Origin: an uncultured bacterium | GTDB taxonomy: Bacteria > Verrucomicrobiota > Kiritimatiellia > RFP12 > UBA1067 | NCBI GenBank assembly: GCA_902770045.1 | Contig: CACXRO010000008.1 | Span: 1,412-65,411 of the forward strand | DNA length: 64,000 bases | Direction of reading: 5' to 3' | Shown: positions 26,751 to 34,667 of the stretch, one piece after another | Layout of the letters: every line of letters begins with the position of its first letter | Position numbering within the stretch: the stretch's first letter is position 1 | Translations under genes and position numbers: made by a program | The notes under the pieces: model-generated | The model's input: the letters and a program-made list of their open reading frames with translations, nothing else | The model's database searches: none | Told to the model about the DNA's origin: nothing

Positions 26751-28475
26751 CTACCGGATGAAGTACACAGACCCGGCCAGTCTCTGGGTCTCCACCGGGC
26801 CGTAGGCGAGGAACGCGGCGTCCGTCTGCGTCTTGTAGTCCGCCTGGGCATGGGCTTCCGAGGTCGCGCCGTTGCGGATGCGGAGTTCGTCGCTGCTGCC
26901 GACGAGGCCGCCGGCGAAGGTGAATTCAATTCCAGGGCTTTCTGACGCATAGACTGGTGAAGAACTTTTCTTGTTCGTCCCGTCAACCCACACAGTCACG
27001 TTGCCTCCCCAAGTGTAAACGCAGGTGAAATACCGCCACGTGGTTATGGAGGGGCAATCAAAATACCTCATGTTATTTCTGCCGCGGAAGGTGACCTGCG
27101 TGGCCTTGTTCTGCATATTGATTCCCCAGCCGTCCGTGTCAACACCACCTTTTATTGCCAGAATCGCATAGCCGCAGGAGGATGAATCGGCCTTCATCCA
27201 GCCGGAAATGGTGAAGTTCTGGACATTCGCGATGCCACCGAGAAGCGGCACCGTGATACCGGTCTTGTAGGCATTCGCGGTTGGGTGGTGGTATGTCTTG
27301 CCGACAGGCCCGTCGATCTGGGTCGTGTCGCTGGCGGTGGAGACGGCGTCGTAGTGGTTCGCTGACGAGTCCGAGGCATTGGTGGGATAGGCGTCACTGA
27401 AGTGCCAGACGCCGGCATGCCCCGGCCAAGTCAGCGCCGGCTCTACCACCGGAAGCTCCACCCCCTGCCGCGGCTTCCAGTACATGCGGAACTTTGTCGC
27501 GGCAGTCAGGTTCGTGATGTTCACCCAGACGAGCGACTCGCCGGAAGTGTTCCAGGTGTCGACCTCATGGGCGAGGAGCGAGCCATCCGGCAGGGTGAAG
27601 CGGACGTCCGAGCCGTTCTCGCCGCAGTCGGCGTAGCGGAAGCCGCTCTGCCGCGTCTCGCTCAGACGCACCAGCACCTGGAAGTTTGTATAGACATTCG
27701 CAGCCGGCAGCCTCCCCTCGCCTAACGAAATCTCCATCGTCTTCTCAAAGCCGTTGGTACTCGGCTTGTCGCCCGGCCAGGTCGGGGGTTCCAATATCGC
27801 GGGACCGGGATTGAACTTGCCGGTACCGGCGTTGGTCAGAAAGACATCTGTTTTGGTGTCGTAGAGGCCGAAAGCCGAATCGGAAACGCGGCGCGCCGGA
27901 ACATAGTCGTGTACGACGACGCCACCGTCGTAGATCTTACACGAATAGAACCGTATCTTCGAGCAGTTACTTGATACGCAGTTGTTCGCGAAGATGAAGA
28001 GAGAGCCATTCGTGCTCTTGGTCGGGGCCGTGCTGTGGGTGGTCATGGCCGTGCCGTCGATGTAGTACTTCCTATCGGTGCAGTCGAGCTTGTGGGTGTG
28101 CCTGTTCTTGTCGGCCGTGGTATTGGTCCTCACCCAGTCGCCTTTGTCTTCCGCCAGCGCCGACGCTAAATAGCCCTGACCCTGGATATAGATGTCGAAG
28201 TTCAGATGTCCGGTCCCGAGATCTCCGTCCGGGTCGGACGTGCCGTTGTGCGAGTTGCCGAAGATTCGCTGCTGCTTGGTGTCCTTGTCCGTGAACTGCA
28301 CGTCCGCCTCGACCGCCATTGTCGGCGTGATGACAACGCCAGTATCGATATACTGCGTGCCAGTCGACTCAAGGTATTCGTGTTCGGCGTAGCCAGCCGG
28401 AAGCGTGCCAGCCTCCGCTCCCAGCGCGACCGCAGCGCAAACGATACCACTCGCGAGTTTCTTCGCCATCTTCAT
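26751..28475 (-). CDS. secreted LamG/concanavalin-like protein P1, ends ...AGSVYFIR
   Basis: Signal peptide MKMAKKLASGIVCAAVALGAEA, N-terminal EYLESTGTQYIDTG module, LamG-like jelly-roll (WRYFTCVYTWGGNVTVWVDG). SD AAGGGGGA favours the ATG at 28475. Confidence 0.75.
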   Translation of the reverse strand: MKMAKKLASGIVCAAVALGAEAGTLPAGYAEHEYLESTGTQYIDTGVVITPTMAVEADVQFTDKDTKQQRIFGNSHNGTSDPDGDLGTGHLNFDIYIQGQGYLASALAEDKGDWVRTNTTADKNRHTHKLDCTDRKYYIDGTAMTTHSTAPTKSTNGSLFIFANNCVSSNCSKIRFYSCKIYDGGVVVHDYVPARRVSDSAFGLYDTKTDVFLTNAGTGKFNPGPAILEPPTWPGDKPSTNGFEKTMEISLGEGRLPAANVYTNFQVLVRLSETRQSGFRYADCGENGSDVRFTLPDGSLLAHEVDTWNTSGESLVWVNITNLTAATKFRMYWKPRQGVELPVVEPALTWPGHAGVWHFSDAYPTNASDSSANHYDAVSTASDTTQIDGPVGKTYHHPTANAYKTGITVPLLGGIANVQNFTISGWMKADSSSCGYAILAIKGGVDTDGWGINMQNKATQVTFRGRNNMRYFDCPSITTWRYFTCVYTWGGNVTVWVDGTNKKSSSPVYASESPGIEFTFAGGLVGSSDELRIRNGATSEAHAQADYKTQTDAAFLAYGPVETQRLAGSVYFIR

Positions 28476-28500
28476 ACGCATTCCCCCTTTATTGACGCAA

Positions 28501-28509
28501 ATTATACCA
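28501..28509 (-). promoter_or_regulatory. extended -10 promoter (TGGTATAAT) for P1
   Basis: ATT-TGGTATAAT, leaving a leader of about 19 nt that contains the SD. Confidence 0.5.
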
Positions 28510-28556
28510 AATTGTCGCGCGCGCGCAAGGGCGGCGCGCGGCAGATTAGAGGCCCT

Positions 28557-31465
28557 TCACCGAAGGTACCACACGGAGCCGGGCGGGGTGCCCCAGGTCC
28601 AGGTAAGGCGGACTTGACTGTCGCCGATGGCAGACTTGTCAATCGTGAAGGCATTGCCCCACCTCTGCCCGCTGACAACCCAAACGCCGTTGGTCAAGGT
28701 CTCGACGGTCATCCTCGGCGAATAGCAGCGGCCGCCGACGTAAACATAGCCGGCCTTAAGCGTCCAGATGCCGGAGACGAAATCGTAGTCGCCGTCCGGG
28801 ACTGCGCTGGTGCCGTTTACTCCGGTGTCAGCAATCTCTCCGTTCACAACCGTCACGTTGGGGCAGAAGCGCGCGTGGTCCACGGCGTTGTTGTGCTCAA
28901 GCTGCCAGCCCTCGAGCGCGCCAGCGGTCATGCGGACCGCGCAGATCTCCGCTCCGCTCCGGAGTATGGCGGCGTTCGAGTTGTTGTCGTTGCGTCCGCC
29001 AACACCAAAATTCGTCAAGGTCGCGTCGATTCCCGATACGGTTATCGAATGGAACCTGTTCGTGCCGTCGCAATAGCCGGTGGCCGTGTCGCCATCGCAC
29101 ACAACCGCAATGTACTGGCGGGTGTTCCACCTGGTCGGAGACTCGTCCGAGGCAGGGATCAAAGCGTCGTCGTTCCAGGCGGCAGAGAGATATTGAAGCC
29201 CCTGGACAAGCGGATGGGTAGAATAGTTTTTACGGATGTCAACTCCAAGCTGGCGATGGGTGAGGTCGCCTGCATAGAACCAGGTCTCGTAATCGGACGT
29301 GGGAGGATACGAATAGGAAATCATCATCTCCAGCGTGAACTTCTTCGCATACAGCGCGTTCATCACATCGACAGAATCGCCGCGGAAAATGGTTGAGCCG
29401 TTCGCCACCCAAGCGTCGTTCGTGAACCCGGCGACGCCACCGTATTTGCTCAGGTCGAAGCCGCCGGCGAGGTTCTTCCATGTCGTCAGGGAGGACGCGT
29501 GCGCGGCGTTGGTCCCGGCGTTGTAGATGCCATCGAAGTGGCCGATGAGTTCCGTCGTCTGGATGTAGTCGCCGACGCCATATTGCCTGACGTTGCCCGT
29601 CTGCGACCACAGCCAGGTAAGGCGCATCCGCCCGTTCTCTACGTTGTTCACGTAGGTAAACGAATTGCCCTGCTCGGTCTTGAAGTAGTCCCACTTGCCG
29701 GTGGCCGCATTCCACTTCTCCACCTTGTGGCCGACGGCAGACCACACGAAAAAGCCGTCCGTCACGTTCGTGGCGGCGAAGGTACGGCTCGCATTCACCG
29801 TGTAGGAGCCAGGAATCTCGACGCCCTCGAGCCCGCGCGCATTCGCCGCGATGACAAGGTCACCCCCGTGCTCGCCGGGAGCGTATGCGCCGTCGATCGG
29901 ACTTGCCGCCCATTGCCACTCGAGGCGGCGGAAGGATGCGGGCGTCGGATGCGTGTAGGTGAAGGCTGTCTCCACGCCGTTCGATAGCTCATTGCCGTCA
30001 TTGTCGTACAGCTTCCATCCCGTGTAGGAATAGGCGACTGACCCATACGCGTTCGTCCACGGCGTAGTACCGCAGGAGACGGCCACATGGTCGCCGGCGG
30101 CGAGACCGGAGACGTTGCCGTATCCCGGCGACGGCGTGGACACTTCCTCCGCGGCGGAAGTGGTGATGGCAAGCATGCCGAAGGTCGGGTCGGTCTCGAA
30201 CCAGGTCCAGGTGAGGCGGATTCGCCCGTCGCCAAGGACGTCCTTGTCCACGGTATAGGAGTTGACGAATTCCAGTATGTCTGTGACCACCCATGCTCCG
30301 TCGGTCAGCTTTTCCACGGTGAGCTTCGGCGCGTAGTAGGCGCCGGGCCGGTCAATGTCGTCCGCCGTGATCGTCCATGTGCCGGAAAGGAGATCGTAGT
30401 CGCCATTCGGAGCCGAACTCGCCCCGTTCTCGCCGGTTTCGCCGATGGCACCGTTCACCACCGTAACGTTGTTGCAGAAGCGCGCGTGGTCCACGGCGCT
30501 GTTGTGCTCGAGCTGCCAGCCCTCGAGTGCCTGGGAGGTCATGCGGAGCGCGCAGATTTCCGCGCCATTGATGAGTTTGTTTCCGCTGTCGGAGGCGCGC
30601 ACGCCGACGCCGACTTGCGTAAGCGACGGCGTCACGCCCGGGACCGTAATCGAATGGAACCGGTTGGTGCCGTCGCAATAGCCAGTGGCCGTGTTGCCGT
30701 CGCACACGATCGCAATGTACTGGCGGGTGTTCCATTTGGTCTTGGTGCCGCCCCAGTTCTGGACGACGGCGCCATCGTTCCAGCTGCCTCCGCCAAGATA
30801 CTGGATGCCCTGGATGAGCGGATTTTGGCTGTTGGCGCTGCGCATGTCCACGCAAAGCTGGCGGTCGTTGTTGTTCCCGAGGAACACCCAGGTGCCATAC
30901 GAATTACTGCCGATCTGCGGCGAGGAGATCATCATCTCCAGCGTGAACTTCCCCGCGATCAGCGCGTCCCGCGGACCGGCGGATGAACCGGTGTAAAACG
31001 TCGATCCGTTCGCGACCCAGGAGTCGGCCGAGAACCCGGAGGTGCCGCTTCTGGTCAGGTTGAACTTGCCGGCCAGGTCGACCCAGGTGCCGAGAGAAGC
31101 CGCGTGCGCGGCGCTGCGGCCGGCGTTGTAGATGCCGTCGAAGTGGCCGACGAGGCCGGCTGTCTGGATGTAGTCGCCGAGGCCGTACCGCCTGACGTTG
31201 CCCGTCTGCGTCCAGAGCCAGGTGAGGCGCATCCGACCGTTCTCGGCGTTGTTGGTGTAGGCGAAGGAGTTGCCCTGCTCGGTCTTGAAGTAGTTCCACA
31301 CACCGTTGCCGGCATCCCACTTCTCCAGGCTGTAGCCGACGGGCACCCACGAGATCGGGCCAATGGTCAGGTTGGTGGCGGAGAAGGTGCGGTTGTCGTC
31401 CACTATATATGGACCGGGCGGCTCGACGCCCTCCAACCCGTGCGCGTTCTGTTCTACGACAATGT
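28557..31465. repeat. intragenic tandem duplication: homologous 1.3-kb modules at about 28557-29866 and 30195-31465
   Basis: The protein halves align from (D[IL]V[VI]..NA.GLEGVE.PG.Y.V) through to (RLTWTW). DNA blocks are clearly alignable, e.g. 28875-28960 versus 30485-30570. Confidence 0.75.
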
Positions 31466-32088
31466 CGCTCGCCTGCTCGGGGGCGGTGAAATCGGCCCCT
31501 CCCGACAAGTCGCCGTAGAAGACGTCGTTCACCGTGTCCCAGAGCCCGTATTTCGACACGGACGTCCCTTCGTTCGCGTCGGCGATTGTCGCCCGGCAGG
31601 GACGGAAGTTGCGGATGAGCACGCCGTCGTCATGGATCGTCATGCCATAGAGACGCGCGGTAAGCGGACGGTTGGAACCCATGTCGAGTCCCGTCGCGGT
31701 GTTGAGGAAGAAGACTGTCATGGACAGCGACGAAGTGAATGTCTGGTTCCCCCCGTTGTGGATCTTCGTGGGGATGCCGCCTTCCGCAGCTACCCAGAGC
31801 CGGCCGTTCTCGTTGCTGACGACGCAGCGTGTGTTTTGGTAGGCAGACCCCACCTGCATAGAGTCAATGCTCCCGCAGTTCAAGGCGAACTTGTATTGGC
31901 CGCCGACCCAAAGGCCCAGTCTTTGGGACTTGTCGCTGGAACTCGCTCTCTCGCCGACGATGCAGCTTGAGCCTGCCGGACGACTGGATGTACTCGACAA
32001 AAAAATCGAAGTTGGTCGTAGTCGTCGCGCTTGCGATCATAGCCGCAAAACACATAACACCACATGCGAGTTTTCTCACCATGTTCAT
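28557..32088 (-). pseudogene. secreted LamG protein P2 (two 1.3-kb LamG modules), reading frame broken after the signal peptide; ends ...PPGSVWYLR
   Basis: The promoter, SD (AGGAGAGG) and signal peptide (MNMVRKLACGVMCFAAMIASA...FVEYIQSSG) belong to ORF 31864..32088. The remaining 1147 aa are in the +1 frame (28557..32000). Removing one nt near 31974 restores VEYIQSSG-GSSCIVGE... Confidence 0.6.
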
Positions 32089-32158
32089 CTTGCCTCTCCT
32101 GTTTGGTTAAATCCCATTTCCAGTTCAGGCATACACCCTCCCCCGAGATTTTGTCAGT

Positions 32159-32167
32159 ATTTTACCA
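32159..32167 (-). promoter_or_regulatory. extended -10 promoter (TGGTAAAAT) for P2
   Basis: The reverse complement of attttacca, about 70 nt upstream of the ATG at 32088. Confidence 0.45.
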
Positions 32168-32187
32168 AACCCCCGCCGCCCTGCCAA

Positions 32188-32205
32188 CCCCTACCAAAGT
32201 AGGGG
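32188..32205. promoter_or_regulatory. palindrome CCCCTAC-CAAA-GTAGGGG between divergent promoters
   Basis: Perfect 7-bp arms lying between the P2 and histidine-kinase -10 elements. Candidate site for the adjacent LuxR-type regulator. Confidence 0.3.
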
Positions 32206-32227
32206 GTGGGAATGCCGCGCGGTTTTT

Positions 32228-32236
32228 TGGTATAAT
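32228..32236 (+). promoter_or_regulatory. extended -10 promoter (TGGTATAAT), leaderless configuration
   Basis: TATAAT-ACGGGCAA-ATG, an 8-nt spacer to the ATG at 32245. Confidence 0.55.
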
Positions 32237-32244
32237 ACGGGCAA

Positions 32245-34029
32245 ATGGTACCAAGAATGCGATTGCTGCGCCGGTTGGCGGCCATGGCGGCCGGATGTGC
32301 GCTGGCCTTGACGGTGAGCGCCGAGATGATGATTCCGCGCGGTCAGGCGACGACGCTGTCGGGCACGATCGTCGACGCCTTTCAGGACGAGTTTGACGCC
32401 AACTTCCGCTTCCTGGTGATCCAGAACGAATCCGGGACGCACTACGCGACCTCGCCCAGCGACGACATCAGCAAGGAATTCGTAGACGGACTGGTCGGCG
32501 CCGAAGTCACGATCGACGGAATCCGCGACCCGGCGTCGCCGCCCAATCGGAGGTTCCTCGGGCCGACGGTCTTCATCAAGGGGTCCAAGGACATCCACGT
32601 CGTCAAGCCCGCGCCGACCGACCCCTTCGCCGTTCCCGAAGTCAATCAGGACTTCACCACGAACCCCGCCGGCATCGCCTACCGCGGGCGTCACCGCATG
32701 CGCGGACGCGTTCTCGCCGTCTGGCAGGGTCGCTCGGCGCTGCTCGGAAGGGATGGCCAGGCCCCCTTCTCCCGCATCGAATTCGCCGACGGGGAAGCGC
32801 CGCGGTGCGGCTCGTTCATCGAGGCCGTCGGCTACCTCGAGACCGACCTGAGCAGCCTCAACCTCACCCGCGCCAGGTGGCGGCCGACAGAAGCGGTGGA
32901 GCAGCCGGAGCCAGCCTTGACGAACATCACAGCCAAGGACCTTTTCAGTTTCGATGGACGACCGGCCCTCAACGCCACCTTCTACGGCAAGGCTGTCCGC
33001 ATCGTCGGCACCGTCCTCAACCGGACTGAGGGAGGGCGCTTCCAGATCGACTCCGGCGACATGCCGGTCACCGTGGACGTGAGCGCGCTGCCCGCCGAGG
33101 CGCAGACGTCGGAGATCGGCGCCAAAGTCGAGGTCGTCGGCATCTGCATCCTCGACCTGTCGAACTGGCGGCCGAACGACATGTTCCCGCGCGCGCGCGG
33201 GCTCTTCGTCGCCGCCCGCACGCCGGACGACATCCACGTCCTCGCGCGCCCGTCCTGGTGGACGATGAAGCGCCTCCTCTCGGTCATCGTTGTCCTCGTC
33301 GGCGGGCTGGTCGCAATCATCATCTGGAACCTGTCGCTGCAGGCGCTCGTCGTCCGCCGCGCCCGACAGCTCTATAAGGCCGACCTCAAGCGCGCGACTT
33401 CCGAGCTGCGCGTCAAGGACCGCACACGCCTCGCGGTTGAGCTGCACGACGCGCTTTCGCAGAGCCTGACCGGCGTCTCGATGGAGGTCGAGGCGGCGAT
33501 TCGCCACGGCGTAGGCAATCCCGGCGAGATGACGCGCCATCTCGCCGTGGCGGACAAGGTGCTCAAGTCGTGCCGGAACGAGCTGAGGAACAGCCTCTGG
33601 GACCTGCGCAGCGACGCGCTGGAGGCGCGCGACCTCGGCGAGGCCATCCGCCGCACGCTGCTGCCGCACGTCCGCGACGTCGAGCTCAGGATCCGCTTCA
33701 ACGTGCCGCGCTCGCTGCTGACCGACAACGCGACGCACGAGATCCTGCGGATAATCCGCGAGCTCGCCGTCAACGGCATTTCGCACGGCGGGGCTAAGGC
33801 GATCCAGGTCGCCGGCGGCGTCGACGGCGGCAGGCTGCTCTTTTCAGTGCGCGACGACGGCGCCGGCTTCGACCCCGACACCGCGCCCGGCGTCCTGCAG
33901 GGCCACTTCGGGCTCGAGGGCGTGCGCGAGCGCCTGCGCCAGCTCAAGGGGTCGCTGGTCTTCGAGCGCATGCCCGGCGGAGGCATGAGGGCGACGGTCG
34001 CGATTCCGCTTCCGGGGAGGAAACCATGA
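32245..34029 (+). CDS. sensor histidine kinase (HisKA_3/NarX-type) with large periplasmic domain
   Basis: Signal/TM segment, about 330-aa periplasmic region, TM LLSVIVVLVGGLVAIIIW, H-box ELHDALSQSL, ATPase boxes IIRELAVNGISHG, DDGAGF and GLEGVRERL. Confidence 0.85.
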   Translation: MVPRMRLLRRLAAMAAGCALALTVSAEMMIPRGQATTLSGTIVDAFQDEFDANFRFLVIQNESGTHYATSPSDDISKEFVDGLVGAEVTIDGIRDPASPPNRRFLGPTVFIKGSKDIHVVKPAPTDPFAVPEVNQDFTTNPAGIAYRGRHRMRGRVLAVWQGRSALLGRDGQAPFSRIEFADGEAPRCGSFIEAVGYLETDLSSLNLTRARWRPTEAVEQPEPALTNITAKDLFSFDGRPALNATFYGKAVRIVGTVLNRTEGGRFQIDSGDMPVTVDVSALPAEAQTSEIGAKVEVVGICILDLSNWRPNDMFPRARGLFVAARTPDDIHVLARPSWWTMKRLLSVIVVLVGGLVAIIIWNLSLQALVVRRARQLYKADLKRATSELRVKDRTRLAVELHDALSQSLTGVSMEVEAAIRHGVGNPGEMTRHLAVADKVLKSCRNELRNSLWDLRSDALEARDLGEAIRRTLLPHVRDVELRIRFNVPRSLLTDNATHEILRIIRELAVNGISHGGAKAIQVAGGVDGGRLLFSVRDDGAGFDPDTAPGVLQGHFGLEGVRERLRQLKGSLVFERMPGGGMRATVAIPLPGRKP

Positions 34030-34646
34030 AGCCGATCACCCTGCTGCTCGTGGATGACCACGCCGTGATGCGCATGGGGCTCGCCTCGCTGCTGGAGACG
34101 TGCCGGGACGTCAAGGTCGTCGGCGACACCGGCGACGGCGAGAGCGCGGTCCGCATGGCGCTCCGGCTGCGGCCGGACGTCGTCGTCATGGACCTGGTGA
34201 TGCCGGAGATGGACGGCGTCGAGACGACGCGGCGGATTGTTGCGGAATGGCCGGAGGCGAACGTGCTCGTCCTCACCACCTTCGCGTCGTCGGACGAAAT
34301 CAGCCACGCGTTTGACGCCGGCGCCAAGGGCGCGATCCTCAAGAGTGCCGACCTCGACGGGCTGCTCGCGGCAATCAGGGACATCGCCGCGGGCAATCGA
34401 CACTGCTCCGCGGAGATCGAGCAGATCATGGCCGATGATCCGCCGGTCCCGAAGCTCTCGGCCCGACAGCAGGAGATCCTCAACTCGATCGTCCGCGGGC
34501 TCTCGAACCCCGACATCGCCCGTCAGCTCGGCATCAGTCTGCCGATGGTGAAGGAGCACCTCACCTCGCTTTTCGCGAAGCTCGGCGTCTCCAACCGCAC
34601 GGAAGCCGTCGCCGTCGCCCTCCGCAAGCAGCTCCTGAAGATCTGA
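34026..34646 (+). CDS. LuxR/NarL-family response regulator
   Basis: REC domain (LLVDDH, VVVMDLVMPEMDG, KGAILK) plus LuxR HTH (LSARQQEILNSIVRGLSNPDIARQLGISLPMVKEHL). ATGA overlap with the kinase stop. Confidence 0.9.
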   Translation: MKPITLLLVDDHAVMRMGLASLLETCRDVKVVGDTGDGESAVRMALRLRPDVVVMDLVMPEMDGVETTRRIVAEWPEANVLVLTTFASSDEISHAFDAGAKGAILKSADLDGLLAAIRDIAAGNRHCSAEIEQIMADDPPVPKLSARQQEILNSIVRGLSNPDIARQLGISLPMVKEHLTSLFAKLGVSNRTEAVAVALRKQLLKI

Positions 34647-34667
34647 CCCCCTTCTCCCCCGTCCGCG

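Noticed and set aside
31999-32005. T7 homopolymer (minus strand) as the phase-variation site that explains the P2 frame break
   Set aside because: Contraction to T6 would fuse the frames. But the conserved EY[IL][EQ]S[ST]G motif downstream of the run is still in the signal-peptide frame, which places the actual frame break near 31974. Slippage is retained only as a secondary possibility.
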